Assembly (NCBI GenBank): GCA_977017575.1
Contig: CDRNVI010000065.1
Coordinates: forward strand, 248,001 to 312,000
Reading direction: 5' to 3'
Source of the DNA: Paramoeba atlantica
Lineage: Eukaryota; Protista; Discosea
Length of the DNA: 64,000 nucleotides
In this document: piece after piece, positions 1 to 11,219 of the stretch
Position numbering within the stretch: the stretch's first letter is position 1
Layout of the letters: every line of letters starts with the position of its first letter
The notes under the pieces: generated by a model
What the model saw: the letters and a program-made list of their open reading frames with translations, nothing else
What the model was told of the DNA's origin: nothing
Database searches by the model: none
Program-made: the position numbers and the translations under genes

Positions 1-167
1 AAAATCGATGTTATAACAGCGGACTTGTTGGTCATTTTGCGGCCGCGTGCAGAATCAAAACGTTTTGTTTCACTTGCGGAGGTCAGGTAGGGTACAAAAG
101 CGGTAGTCCTGTATGCCGGAATAAGAAAAAGAATTCCCTGTCTAGTACTAAGAACGATGCTAAACAT
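1..167 (-). CDS. Possible 5' part of a CDS running off the window start (MFSIVLSTRQGILFLIPAY...)
   Basis: ATG at 167-165 followed by 55 open codons to the window edge, same strand as all host genes. No recognisable motif. Confidence 0.25.
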   Translation of the reverse strand, partial: MFSIVLSTRQGILFLIPAYRTTAFVPYLTSASETKRFDSARGRKMTNKSAVITSI

Positions 168-382
168 ATCACGTATTAATGATCAAAGACGGAAATTCCA
201 AGGTAACGTGTTGTTCTACGATTATTTTTGTCTTAAACGTCCAGATATTGAATAATGAATATTGTATGCAAGTAGTTTAATTCTCACAGGATATGTACCA
301 TTTATATCCTAGTACAAGCTAAACATCATACCAATATCATATCGGTGGTATGTAGGGGGGACATGTCGCGAAACACCACTTA

Positions 383-2998
383 CTAGAGAAAAACATCAAA
401 AACTGATATATCTTGATGCCCGCCTTCGCTTAATATCCTTTTCATGTTTGTTGTCTGCCATTCAACAGGATGTAAAGCATCGGTTTTATTACAACAGCAG
501 GCAAGGATGGCAAGGAGCTGAGATTTGGTGTACAAATGATGCCATTGTTCCACCCATTCTAGAATGCCTCTGGCATCTAATCGTACAGCTGACAAGTAAT
601 TCTTCGCAAAAAACATAATTCCGCTTGGAATCGTGTAGTTGAATTCCGTGTATATGAGGTTTTCTTCGTCATCAAGAAGGCTTTCTACGACCCTGGTCTC
701 AACTTGGGTACCCCTCTGCTTGACTACCCCATCTAAAACGCATGTGAAAAAATGAAGAATAGTGCAACGAAGAAAGAGTTGATGTGATTCTTTATTAGGG
801 AATTTGCGTTCCGTCTCCGTGCAACGTTTCCAAATGTCGTGCAGCTTTACTCTCGCACGCCTAAAGTATAAACATTCAGCGCCTTCTTCCCGAAATAGTT
901 TTTTGGGCAGCATTAAAATGCATATACGCTTTAGCACTAGGTTTAGAACTTCCTGTTTCGCATTCCTCATTTCCTTAAGAAGGTTGCGTGCATCTATAGA
1001 TTCTGGAAAATCAAGGACAATCAAATTCTGTTGAACATGAAAACACGTTTCAAATGAGTTGTCAAGGGAGCAAAAAGCATTCAATCGATAAGCAACACCA
1101 TACTGCGTTTCTTCAGAACGTAATGCAGAGTCAGTCTGCCTACAGACACGCATCGGAAAGCTGTGGCTTGAGGGTAGCGAAATATTTGCTGCTTTTTTTG
1201 CATGAACTATGATCTTACGAGCTCTACTTGAAAGTTCTGCATCTTCCTCCACAGACCGTTGCTTTATTGGCGAAAAAAGAAATGAACTCGATTTCTTACG
1301 CACGTAGCACGTGTGCAGTATAAAATAAAACGTGCTACACAGTAATTCCATACCCCCCAAAAGAACTCCTTTCGCAATAAAGGGACAATTTCCAACACAA
1401 TCGCACATATAGTGCGCCAAAGTTGTACCGATTGCGAATGCACTACTTAAGCAACTTAAACCTACAACAAAATTTTCTTGAGTTTCACTTGAGCTTGCAG
1501 GAATATATTTCGTCCAAATCAGTTTCTTCGTTTCTCGCCTCTTTCGCTCCTTTTCGATACCCAATATCTTTAAAAGGGAAAAAATGGTAGATCGTGGATT
1601 GGATTTAATACGCCTATGAAGTTCGTTTTTGAATTGCTGCAGTTTCCAATGTCCCAGTGCTTCGGGCAGTATGACCAATACACTGCTTGGTAGAATATTT
1701 TGAAAACTTTCGTTAGCTAAAGCCCTCCATAAACTTACCTGGTGAAGGACGTGAATTCTCTCATAGAATGTCGAATGTAACATGGTTTCAGCTTCAAGTA
1801 CAAAGGAACGTGCAACCCCTGAAATCTCTTTGGCGTATTCAACACATGACAACACGGCCGAGCCTAGGAAAAGTAAATTGATGGGATCAATAGATGTTTG
1901 TTCACAGCTCTTGTAAGCTTGTAAAAGAGCAGTGACCACTTCTTGAACATAAAGTTTTTTACTTACCTGGATGCACTTGCGTAGCGAGCATATGCACATT
2001 TCGTATTCTTTCTTCTTCTCCGATAAAAACTTTGGTGTTCTAGGATCATAATGCTCGTACCACTGAACTAGTTCTGAAACGTATTTCAAAATTAGGAAAT
2101 ATTTTTCAATTGCAGAACTGCATACCGTAAAGGTGTGCTCAGTAGAAAATTTTAAATTATGATCTTTGAAAGATCTGTCGGACGAAACATTTTCTATATC
2201 TCTGAGAACAGCTTTCAGGGAAGCGTGCAATTTTTTTCCGTAGTCATCGGCGATCGTTTTGCTATGAAAACCTGTTCGTCTGCTCAATAGCCAGAACCAT
2301 GATTGAATACTTTCCTCTTGAAAATCGGAATCGAACAGCAGATCTTCTGGTATTATCGAGGTTTCAACTTGCGAAGCAAGAAACGAATCGGATGTTATAT
2401 GATGCCATTTTAGGGCAATTTCAGTAAGAAATGTCAAGCGCATAATATTAGGCGAAACTTCAAAGTTTTCAAAGAGTGAAATTGCATCTGCGAACTTCCT
2501 TTCACGAATGTTGCGTTCTACTTTTTCTGTAGCATCAACTAAGCGAGTTATGTTTCGCATTACTTCAATAACTCGTCGTGTATTATTTAGCCTACCAGCT
2601 TGCTTTGCTATCTGCTTCTGAAGCGAGGTAAGGAGTTTAACGTGTTCCAGTTGATTTCCAAATTTCACGATAATCTTTCGAATAGATTTTATTTTTTCAA
2701 GCATGTTTTGAACCCCGGACACTACGCTAAGGATTTCAGCCTGTTTTTCAACCATAACCTTTTTTTGATGCTGCTCCACTCGCTTAAGCTGCATTTTCCG
2801 TTTTATGATTATTTGTTCAGGTGTCTCTTCTGAACTGTCGGATATTCCCACGTCCAATATTTCAATGTTTGCAGTAGAAACGCTAGCCAAATCCTCTTGT
2901 AGATCCGCGTTCAGGGTCATTGAATGAATAGGTTCGCAATTCACATTTTCAATATATTGTAAATCATTTAGTGAATTCAATTCTTTTTGGGTCTGCAC
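383..2998 (-). CDS. VPS50: VPS50/syndetin-like EARP/GARP tethering subunit
   Basis: 871-aa helical ORF (GTG start in track; first ATG at 2920). N-terminal coiled coil. C-terminal 'KNYLSAVRLDARGILEWVEQWHHLYTKSQLLAIL' resembles the syndetin C-terminal motif (YIKAYY..LE.W..H.EYS..QL). Confidence 0.6.
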   Translation of the reverse strand: MQTQKELNSLNDLQYIENVNCEPIHSMTLNADLQEDLASVSTANIEILDVGISDSSEETPEQIIIKRKMQLKRVEQHQKKVMVEKQAEILSVVSGVQNMLEKIKSIRKIIVKFGNQLEHVKLLTSLQKQIAKQAGRLNNTRRVIEVMRNITRLVDATEKVERNIRERKFADAISLFENFEVSPNIMRLTFLTEIALKWHHITSDSFLASQVETSIIPEDLLFDSDFQEESIQSWFWLLSRRTGFHSKTIADDYGKKLHASLKAVLRDIENVSSDRSFKDHNLKFSTEHTFTVCSSAIEKYFLILKYVSELVQWYEHYDPRTPKFLSEKKKEYEMCICSLRKCIQVSKKLYVQEVVTALLQAYKSCEQTSIDPINLLFLGSAVLSCVEYAKEISGVARSFVLEAETMLHSTFYERIHVLHQVSLWRALANESFQNILPSSVLVILPEALGHWKLQQFKNELHRRIKSNPRSTIFSLLKILGIEKERKRRETKKLIWTKYIPASSSETQENFVVGLSCLSSAFAIGTTLAHYMCDCVGNCPFIAKGVLLGGMELLCSTFYFILHTCYVRKKSSSFLFSPIKQRSVEEDAELSSRARKIIVHAKKAANISLPSSHSFPMRVCRQTDSALRSEETQYGVAYRLNAFCSLDNSFETCFHVQQNLIVLDFPESIDARNLLKEMRNAKQEVLNLVLKRICILMLPKKLFREEGAECLYFRRARVKLHDIWKRCTETERKFPNKESHQLFLRCTILHFFTCVLDGVVKQRGTQVETRVVESLLDDEENLIYTEFNYTIPSGIMFFAKNYLSAVRLDARGILEWVEQWHHLYTKSQLLAILACCCNKTDALHPVEWQTTNMKRILSEGGHQDISVFDVFL

Positions 2999-3541
2999 AT
3001 ATCACTTTACCATAAAATAAGAATAAGATAGGCTTATTACGAGTCGAAGAAATTACGAAGTTGAAGAATAATATGTAAGCTCATTACCACTTGAGTAAAA
3101 TTTTCAACAATTTTAATTTGCTTGAATTCGCAGAAAAAATCATTTCTCTCTAGCAAAACGTACTTTAGTTAGTAAATTAAACTAGTAGGGCTGTGAACTC
3201 CCCTTTAACCCCCTTGACTAGAGAACCACTGTAATCTGTGACCCCCATTAATAAAGACTCTCTGACACCCCCTTTGCCATCTGTGCCTCCCCCTGCCTTC
3301 TACATTGACGACAGGGAAAGAGCGCGAACAATTACTACGTTTTTAAGAGCCGCGTTGAAATCATAGTTCACTGGTACACCAAGATGGGGGGCACGTGGAT
3401 GCAGTAAGACGGAGGCATCTCGAGGTAAAGTATTGAAAAATTAGTTACGACTTATATCCAACTTCATAGGAAAACCTCAACTGATTTATACCATGCGCCA
3501 TCAAACTTAGATGGCAGTTCGGGCCAACGAGCTCAACTGCG

Positions 3542-3760
3542 TCAGAAGCCATTTTTCCATACCGATGCATCCTTGCCTCTTGTCGAAGTAAACTCTCGCT
3601 GAACGTGCTTCCATGATTTATCATGCTGGTCTCGATGTACCCATATAGTAACGACACTAAGAGTCAGAAAGCTGAGCGTCACCAGCTGACCACGGTAAGG
3701 ATGACTTGCTGTAAGTTGAATACTTTTGAATGCACGCTGGAAGAAGCTGGAAAATGTCAT
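3542..3760 (-). CDS. Small putative single-pass membrane protein (weak PET117-like pattern)
   Basis: 72-aa ATG ORF with a basic/hydroxylated N-terminus, one hydrophobic segment (LVTLSFLTLSVVTIWV) and then 'VHRDQ'. The resemblance is weak. Confidence 0.3.
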   Translation of the reverse strand: MTFSSFFQRAFKSIQLTASHPYRGQLVTLSFLTLSVVTIWVHRDQHDKSWKHVQREFTSTRGKDASVWKNGF

Positions 3761-3853
3761 TATTCCTTTAGATAATACTGATTATTTAGCAAAAGTAATA
3801 CAATTAAAGTAAGAAGCACAAGTAATACAATTAAAGTGGGTATGCCGCATATA

Positions 3854-4621
3854 CACTAACAATCAGCTATAAGCCCCCCCCCCTCGAATTTTGAAAAACA
3901 GGTCTGTTTTTTATCATCCTTTTTTTGAACGTGTAGAGAATTTTACGTAAGTGCGTTTCCCGACGTTTAAACTGGTTTTTCTCGACTCATTAGGGTCGAA
4001 GTATTTTTTGAAAAAAATGAGCCGAACAAATGATTTTTTTTACAAAAATGCTCCCTTTTTTTGATATATTTACCAGGTAAAACCCCATAAATGCAATCAC
4101 TGCAGGAAGAGAAGATTACGCAAAGACAAGCTTAATATCCAATATTCCAACCCCCGCTCTCCAACACCTTGTTCATACAAGAAGGTGTATGTTTTAAGTA
4201 CTCTGAACACATTTTTTTCTCATTGTACATTTTTACCCATTTTCGTACCATTTTTTTTATCAACTTTATATTTTTTAGAGATGGAAGTGGTGGAAGCACC
4301 GCATTTTCGTTCAATAACAAACGAAATGCCCATTGCGAGCATCGTACGCTCCGAGTTGAGGTAACTCGACCTGTGGTTCCTCACCATGGGTATAAAACGG
4401 GTAGTGTCAATGAGAAAAAAAGGGAAAATTTGACTGTACATTGGAAAATGCCATTTTTGACCAATATTTTGAGTGCCAAAAGCGTATATTAAGTTCTTAC
4501 AAAAAACGAAGACCGGCAAAGATAGGCTAGAGATCGAGATCTCTCGTTTGCCGCTGGAATTAAGTCAAACGGACGCGCGACCCAAAAATAAAGGGGGGGG
4601 ACTTATAGCTGAACGATAGTG
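3854..4621. mobile_element. MITE-A, 768 bp, TA-flanked, ~28-bp imperfect TIRs
   Basis: Left TA|CACTAACAATCAGCTATAAG-C10; right end reverse-complements to TA|CACTATCGTTCAGCTATAAGT-C8. TA at 3852-53 and 4622-23. No coding capacity. Confidence 0.85.
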
Positions 4622-5039
4622 TACATGTCCGTTTATGAGCACTGTTTCTTGAAAAAAAGACTAATTTTTTCGCAGAGAATTTTAATACTTCATGTTAAAA
4701 ATGTTAAAAAAACGCAACAACTGCACAAGGCACTAATTGTGAACTTGGAAAATCTCCTTTATGGTTTTTCCGAAGCGAGGTATCCCTCGATGAGGCCCAA
4801 ACAAAACATAAGCTCACTGCGGGGGAATTTGAGCATTTAGGTCGACACCAATGTAGCGATTTCTCCTACCCGACCACAAGCACGAACAGCGTGTTCCGCT
4901 TCTTGATTGTTCCGCTACGGTTTTCGTACAACACCACAACGCCAGGTTGTTGCCCCAACCCTGACCTACGGCCGCAACTTCACCCCTCTCCCCCACCCTC
5001 ATCCCAACCCTTCATCCCCGCTCACAACATTGCGACACC

Positions 5040-6143
5040 TTACCCTCTCTCTCTCCCCTGCCCCCTCCCATACACCCCCCTCAACCACGCCTCCACCCTC
5101 CCCTCCTCCCCCCTCCCCGCCACCACAAACGGGTGCGACAGCAGTGTCTCCGCCGAGGGCCTCTCCCGGGGGTCCGGCGTCAGGCACAGCCCCACGAACG
5201 ACCGCAGCGCCTCCGAGGGCCCCGTCTCCCCCCACCCCACCACCACCCGGGCCTCCGCGATCGCCGCGCTGAGCTCAAAGGCCATCGCCTTGAGGGGGGC
5301 GCCGAAGGGGTAGGCCCCGAGGGCGCACTCCGCGATGGTCACCCCCGCGCTCCACACGTCGCTGGGGTACGAGTACGGGTCCCCGCGGGCCCGCTCGGGG
5401 GACATGTACGGGGTCGACCCCACGGGGGCCAGGGTAAGGTCGAGGCGGCTGGGCTGCACGTAGGCACTGACCCCGAAGTCGGAGATCTTGGTGACCCCGG
5501 TGGGGGAGACGAGCAGGTTGGTGGGTTTGATGTCCCGGTGGACGACTTTTTGGTGGCGCAGGAAGACGAGACCGGAGAGGAGGTGGGCGGCGATGACGGA
5601 GAGCGGGGGTTCGGGGATGGTGGTGGTGTGGTGGTAGATGTCACAGAGGGTGCCGTAGGGCATGTGCTCGAGGAGGATCATGAGGACCCCGTTGCGGAAG
5701 AAGGCCTCGAAGGATTTCACGAGGTGGGGGTGGGGGGGCATGAGGACGACACTGCGGAGTTCGGTTTGGAGGACTTTGCGCATGGCGTCGCGGTCATCGC
5801 TGAAGGTTAGTTGTTTGAGGGCGTATATGGTGCCACTTGCGGGGTGAAGTACTTTGCGGACTTTCGCTTGTGATCCTTCTCCGATAACTTGGCCAATTTT
5901 CAAATCCTCGAATCGTATCTTTTGTGTGGCGCTTTCGGTATCTCTTTTTACGCCATCCCGCTTTACGCGCACTTGGGTATGAGGTGTGGGACTATCCTCC
6001 CCATTTCCTTCTCTAGCTAGCGGGAGATCGATCTGAAGTGTAAGGGTGTCCGTAATCCGTAGTCCGAGGTGAGATTCTGCCTCAGTAGGGCACATACCCT
6101 CCGCTAGTGTCAGTCCCGTAGGTTTTCTTCTTTCTTTTCGCAT
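5040..6143 (-). CDS. MAP kinase kinase (STE7/MKK family)
   Basis: Kinase motifs IGEGSQAKV, YALKQL, VVHRDIKPTNLL, KISDFGVS, VGSTPYMSPER, SDVWSAG, CLTPDPRERPSA. MSPER is typical of MAPKKs. Confidence 0.9.
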   Translation of the reverse strand: MRKERRKPTGLTLAEGMCPTEAESHLGLRITDTLTLQIDLPLAREGNGEDSPTPHTQVRVKRDGVKRDTESATQKIRFEDLKIGQVIGEGSQAKVRKVLHPASGTIYALKQLTFSDDRDAMRKVLQTELRSVVLMPPHPHLVKSFEAFFRNGVLMILLEHMPYGTLCDIYHHTTTIPEPPLSVIAAHLLSGLVFLRHQKVVHRDIKPTNLLVSPTGVTKISDFGVSAYVQPSRLDLTLAPVGSTPYMSPERARGDPYSYPSDVWSAGVTIAECALGAYPFGAPLKAMAFELSAAIAEARVVVGWGETGPSEALRSFVGLCLTPDPRERPSAETLLSHPFVVAGRGEEGRVEAWLRGVYGRGQGRERG

Positions 6144-6425
6144 ACTGAACTATTGTTGCTCTCCGTGCGGCAAAACACGGGATAGTAAAATGGGTGTAAA
6201 ATGTTTGTGTAAATATAGCCAGGTCTTAAAATAGATTAAATATTTGGTACAACCTTTGTTTCTTCCCATAAAAGATTTATTCCCATTACATAGAATATGG
6301 AAAATAGCAAACTAAATTTAAAATTTACCTTCTGCCACTACCAGACCACCTCATTGTTTTGCGTAGAGAAACAATCCAACACGGATAAGCTCACCCAACA
6401 CGTATGGCGCTGCACTCAGAGGCTT

Positions 6426-7589
6426 TTACTTTAGGAGCCTCCGTAGAGTTTCTTTCTGTTCCGCAGAAAAGGATGTTTGGGGCCATTGTACGTTGAATCG
6501 AACTTGCAAATCACCCATTTCACTGGGTACATTTTGAAGGGGCAAACCCTCCCCTTTCATGGTAATGGTTTCATTGTGTGCCGTTATTTTTGATGCGTCC
6601 CTGAATATGTGTATTTCGTGACCGTCTAAATGTGGTAGAATTCGCTGAAAACCAGTTAAGCTCTCGAATAAAGAAAGAGTTTGCATCGCGACCAGATCTT
6701 CTGGCTTAGATTTGTGTCGCGTAAATACTGGATGCTCTGCGTTGATGATTCGCAATATAATATCGCCCGGAAGCGTGTCAGGACTCTCATCTGCTTCGAG
6801 GTCAAAAACGATTTTATATCCGTCCGGAATGCCTTTCTCAATTTCAAATTCGAGCGTGAAATTCGTTTTGTACGTTTTCTTGCCTTTGCAACGAGGACAT
6901 TTTCGCACAATACTTTTACCCATTCCGTGGCAAGATGGACACTGGCTCTGAACTTGTTGTACCATACCAGGTCCAAGACTTACTCTTTGGAGCACAATAC
7001 CCTGTCCCTGACACGTAACGCAGGCCTTAAGGTCATCCGGAGTTTCAGCACCCGTACCTTTACATTCCTTACACACTTTTTGCTTTCTGATCACCACCTC
7101 GTGATTGGCGCCATTGTAAATATCTGTGAGATTAACCATTGCGGCAAGTTGCAAATGAGGCCCATGTGTTGCATCAACGTTCCCCCCAAAAAGTTTTGTC
7201 AATAGATCATGTCCAGGAGTACCCCCGGCCTTTTCTTGTGTTTCAAACATTTTAATACCAGCTTCGCCCTTCATATCGTACACTTTTCTTTTTTTTCGGT
7301 TGGAAAGAATCTCATGAGCTCTTTGAATTTTTGTGTACCTATCACGCGCCTCATCGGTAGTATTATGGTCGGGGTGGTATTTCTTGCTTAACAATCGAAA
7401 CTGCCTTTTAATGTCTTTGACTGAGCTATCTTCTCCTGCATTCAGTTCTAGAACTCCGTAATAATCCGGATCCGTAATTTCTTCCTGATTCTGCGGAGCA
7501 AAGGGCCAGCTGTGCACCCCCAAAATGTTCGAAGCAATAAACGCTATTATGCAGAAAACATGTATTCTAGAGCGTCCATTTGAAATCAT
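6426..7589 (-). CDS. Type I DnaJ/Hsp40 with signal peptide (ER Scj1/ERdj3-like)
   Basis: Hydrophobic N-terminus, J domain (DYYGVL, HPD), four CxxCxGxG-type Zn motifs, C-terminal PGDIIL and GEGLP...GDL. Confidence 0.92.
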   Translation of the reverse strand: MISNGRSRIHVFCIIAFIASNILGVHSWPFAPQNQEEITDPDYYGVLELNAGEDSSVKDIKRQFRLLSKKYHPDHNTTDEARDRYTKIQRAHEILSNRKKRKVYDMKGEAGIKMFETQEKAGGTPGHDLLTKLFGGNVDATHGPHLQLAAMVNLTDIYNGANHEVVIRKQKVCKECKGTGAETPDDLKACVTCQGQGIVLQRVSLGPGMVQQVQSQCPSCHGMGKSIVRKCPRCKGKKTYKTNFTLEFEIEKGIPDGYKIVFDLEADESPDTLPGDIILRIINAEHPVFTRHKSKPEDLVAMQTLSLFESLTGFQRILPHLDGHEIHIFRDASKITAHNETITMKGEGLPLQNVPSEMGDLQVRFNVQWPQTSFSAEQKETLRRLLK

Positions 7590-7754
7590 GATATCTTAAA
7601 TACCGTGGAGTAAAAACGTGAAAAGTTCTGCGGACGAGAAGAATGTTACGATTAGAAATACAAGTGTAATTGTTAAACCTTAAACTTCAATACACATGCC
7701 CGACACTTTAGTATCAAAATCTATAGTGATGTAAGTGTAATGTACCGCGAATTT

Positions 7755-8678
7755 TTACCCAAGCTTTCCTTCGACATTAAAATGTAAATTGTATTGTCCG
7801 AGGAGATTGTAGTCTAAGCAATATCCCAGATAAGCCTCTTGATGAAGCACGAAAATAAAAAATAATACCGACTGTGGAGCATTTCGTTTCATATTAATGA
7901 CACTCTCTTCCCCTTTTTTACTGCTATGCCGGTCTTCGTAAATGAAGCGGTTAGAAATTTCCCAACAGTGGTTCAGGAGAGCACATTTAAGATTACTACA
8001 TTCAGCAGAAAGCCTAGTATGTGATCGAACCTTAATATCTACAGTAACGTAAAGCGGTGGTAAATCCGAAGAAGCATGAGGAGGCAGTGTTTTTTCTAGC
8101 CAATGGATCATGGCGAGCGCCTCACTTATGACACTATAGCTCGTATGTAGAATTTCGCTCACTTTGGAGCGACAAATGTGGGTCACAGGATAAATATGGT
8201 ATACATTGCGAGGATGTAATTTCCTTTTGCGAATCCAGGTCCAGACTGCGAAAGGCGCTGATAATCCAAAAGGAAAGCCATTGGTGCTGGATGTATCACT
8301 TGTGATGCCTTGAGTGTCATCATTCGAAGTTTTTATCATTCCCATCGTTTCCAATTTTTCATCATTCATATCGTCTCTGCCTGGAGGACGGGTTTCTATT
8401 CGTGCAAAAAGATAGCCCCGCACACTCGGAGCTACAATGCGTCTCGCCTTTCTCACGTGTTTTTCACTTTTGCGCCTTTGGATATCTTGTAATTCTATAA
8501 GTTCATTGAGAAAAGATTCCAAAAGCGATGCTGAACTGCTGGGCACTATTTGATCAGAACTAGAGGCATGTGAAACAGAATTAAGGCATTCTTCCACGAT
8601 CTGTTCACATTCTTTTCTCGCCAAGCCTTCATTTCTTGGATGAATGGAACAGAGAATTCCGCCAGAACCCTTTCTCAT
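7755..8678 (-). CDS. THUMP-domain protein (Tan1/THUMPD1-like)
   Basis: N-terminal 'GGILCSIHPRNEGLARKEC' and C-terminal 'GYCLDYNLLGQYNL' match the Tan1 pattern. Confidence 0.6.
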   Translation of the reverse strand: MRKGSGGILCSIHPRNEGLARKECEQIVEECLNSVSHASSSDQIVPSSSASLLESFLNELIELQDIQRRKSEKHVRKARRIVAPSVRGYLFARIETRPPGRDDMNDEKLETMGMIKTSNDDTQGITSDTSSTNGFPFGLSAPFAVWTWIRKRKLHPRNVYHIYPVTHICRSKVSEILHTSYSVISEALAMIHWLEKTLPPHASSDLPPLYVTVDIKVRSHTRLSAECSNLKCALLNHCWEISNRFIYEDRHSSKKGEESVINMKRNAPQSVLFFIFVLHQEAYLGYCLDYNLLGQYNLHFNVEGKLG

Positions 8679-9120
8679 TTAAGATGTGCTAAAAAACCCT
8701 AATTACATTGAAAATCAACAACGTAAACACCCTGTGATAGTTATGCTAAAGTCTGGAAATCGAGAACGTAACTTGTAAATTATTTGAGATGTAAACACTT
8801 TTTGAATGCTAATTTTCAGAGCACGTCTATATTATTTTTTGCTTGAAACCGGAAAAAACAAGAGTATTCAGTATACTCATAGACATATTCATACGTATAC
8901 TGTTTACATACTGTACGTGCACTGTACGATACAGTGTATCCAGTACATGTATGACGACTCACCCGAAGGAAAAAATCACAGTAACGCAGGGGAAAAAGGG
9001 GCAACGTTTCCTTGGTTGCTTACTCTCACAATACATAAACATGTATTGTTGTGTCAATAATATGTCTTGTATAAATAATACAGAAGGGTTGGATAATGTG
9101 CTCAAAGCCTTTCCCCAACA

Positions 9121-10515
9121 TCAAGTTAACAACTCTGTGCCATAGTTCACTGCGGGATCAGCAATAAAATCGACCAACATTATTTCAACAGTGCTATGTG
9201 TTATACCGTACGAGATAAAAATTTGCTTCGCATCTTGTACGGCTCGAGAATATCTCCCTCGACCCTCTCCCGCCTGGCTGTCAATAATTAACCGGACCGT
9301 TGCACATTTATGCTCATTGCTGAGTGACCATAAGTGCATGTCGTCGACTTGTCTCACATGAGGAAGATTGAGTAAATCATCATAGACATCAGCATAAGAC
9401 ACTGATGGGGGACACGACTCGAGTAATATACCCCAGAGGTCTCGAAATAAATTTTTTGTAGAGTACAATGTGGCGGCAGCAAACACTAATGAAGATAATG
9501 GATCAGCAATGTTGTATTTTGAGCACGGACCAATTCCCCCTATCCATATCGACATCCCGGCGAGAATAACCCCAATGGACTGCAGACAGTCACCCAAGGC
9601 GTGCAAAAAGGCGCCTCGGATATTTAAATTTACGTGTGCAGGTTGCGAATTTAACAGTGGCTCCTGTGCGAAAATCTCCTTTGTGGCGCTTGATTTTGAA
9701 TTACTCTCATCATTGAGTTGAGCTTCCCCCTGTTGGGGAGTAGAGCTTCCAACGGAAGCTTCGACTTGCGGCTCTGAAAGAGTATTAAAGTCCGCCGAAT
9801 ACGGCATGAGACTTGATGTGCATGATGTTTTCCTTTCACGAGAAGCAAAGTGAAGAATCAAAGCGACGGAAATATTTACAAGGAGACCCACTATGCCTAA
9901 TATGGTCATCATACGAGCGTCGACTTCCGTACAATAATCTTTCGAGTAAGAAACCGCTTGATGGGATTCGGGAGTAGATTCTTGAAAGGGATTCCAAAAG
10001 TATGTATCGTTAAGATCGGTAGCAAAAGACACTTTTCTTCCTATGCTGCGCCGGCACTTGCCGAATCGATACATTCTTTGTGCACTCTCTATTAGAATAA
10101 GCGCAACTAGAGCCCATATTGTGAGAACTGATATTAAGGCTCCCACAACTTCTGCCCTGTGCCACCCGTAAGTGTATTTCGATGTGCTCTTTCGAGAAGC
10201 CAGACGAACGGACAGGAGTGCAACCGACAATGCTCCCACATCCGTGAGCAGATGAGCAGCGTCTGTAAGCAAGGCAAGACTATGACCATAAATTCCTCCG
10301 AAGAACTCAAGAATCATAAATCCAAAGCAGAGGCAGAGTGCAATCATGAGAGCCCTCGTTGCGCGATGTCGGGGAGAAGGCGGAGGTCGAGGTCGTTCGG
10401 GATGTGCTCTACGAATCTCAAGCACTGTGGCCTTTTTAACTGCCCTAAGCGGGTGGTAACAGGTGTGCTTGTCCTCTATGGGCTGACAACCATTCGGAAG
10501 ATGAACCGCGGACAT
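9121..10515 (-). CDS. Cation diffusion facilitator Zn transporter (SLC30/ZnT2-like)
   Basis: SLALLTDAAHLLTD, TYGWHRAEVVGAL, NLNIRGAFLHALGD, ADPLSS, DMHLWSL, HSTVEI. Confidence 0.93.
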   Translation of the reverse strand: MSAVHLPNGCQPIEDKHTCYHPLRAVKKATVLEIRRAHPERPRPPPSPRHRATRALMIALCLCFGFMILEFFGGIYGHSLALLTDAAHLLTDVGALSVALLSVRLASRKSTSKYTYGWHRAEVVGALISVLTIWALVALILIESAQRMYRFGKCRRSIGRKVSFATDLNDTYFWNPFQESTPESHQAVSYSKDYCTEVDARMMTILGIVGLLVNISVALILHFASRERKTSCTSSLMPYSADFNTLSEPQVEASVGSSTPQQGEAQLNDESNSKSSATKEIFAQEPLLNSQPAHVNLNIRGAFLHALGDCLQSIGVILAGMSIWIGGIGPCSKYNIADPLSSLVFAAATLYSTKNLFRDLWGILLESCPPSVSYADVYDDLLNLPHVRQVDDMHLWSLSNEHKCATVRLIIDSQAGEGRGRYSRAVQDAKQIFISYGITHSTVEIMLVDFIADPAVNYGTELLT

Positions 10516-10700
10516 GTCTTACTATTTAATTTATTGAAGCAAGGGCAAACAAAAATGCCCACGTAAAAACTAAGGAATGTAGATGAATGTAAACAAATCA
10601 CCGATTTTCATTATGCTCGTGTTTTCTGTTGAAAATTATGGTAAAATATTTACAGTGAATCTTTAAATCACCAACGCATTTTCTTATCTCTGTTCACCGG

Positions 10701-11219
10701 CTATTTAAAGATGCGATATTCATCTACTCTGCCCTGAGGAACTACAATGGTTTCTATCGGGAGACAGACTCTCCCCTTCAGAAAAATAACCTCAGCTTCA
10801 GCTCGAGACATCATTATCCTTCTCGTGGGATCTGTTCGATCGGGATGTAGAACAATCTCAAAGAGTGGCACACCCGTGGTGACTTTAAATACGTAATGAT
10901 GAATAGCTGTCTTCCCTTTCCCCATTCTTGCCTCGGTTGGCTTGTACCCTATCGGTATTTCTTCCCGGTCAGAGTGCATGTGGAGCTGAAAGAACCCGGA
11001 CGAGGGCAAACGCTGGAGAATTGCCAATCGTGCCTCTTCCATTTGAGACATTGTAATACACCCAAAATCTGTTGTTATGAGACCCCATATGCCGCGAATC
11101 ATGGCAGCTTCATTATTGATATACCTAGGGTCGCCGTGTTGTCTGGGTTGCTTAACGGGCTTTCCTGATTTAGGGTGTATGTAATGCCAAGCACGTGTAA
11201 GTCGAGATATATGAATCAT
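10701..11219 (-). CDS. MRPL16: Mitochondrial ribosomal protein uL16m
   Basis: GIWGLITTDFGCIT..QMEEARLAI and KPTEARMGKGK are L16 signatures. Confidence 0.85.
   Translation of the reverse strand: MIHISRLTRAWHYIHPKSGKPVKQPRQHGDPRYINNEAAMIRGIWGLITTDFGCITMSQMEEARLAILQRLPSSGFFQLHMHSDREEIPIGYKPTEARMGKGKTAIHHYVFKVTTGVPLFEIVLHPDRTDPTRRIMMSRAEAEVIFLKGRVCLPIETIVVPQGRVDEYRIFK

Noticed and set aside
3190-3300. Spaced C4-C5 tracts (possible minus-strand G-quadruplex) and a 10-bp match to the CAGTGGTT MITE end near 3224-3233
   Set aside because: Loops are too long for a convincing G4, and the TIR match stops at 10 bp with no partner end.
3791-3837. Short tandem duplications (AAGTAATACAATTAAAGT x2; similar ones near 16190, 27090, 52290, 61657)
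   Set aside because: Ordinary slippage duplications with only two units and no unique spacers; not a CRISPR-like array.
4891-5847. Several overlapping Pro/Gly-rich ORFs around the MAPKK 3' half
   Set aside because: Alternative frames of a GC-rich tract; low complexity and no homology.
8890-8950. TACTGTA/TACAGT motifs resembling Tc1 excision footprints (also near 53828 and 55775)
   Set aside because: A 7-mer of this composition is expected several times per window by chance.
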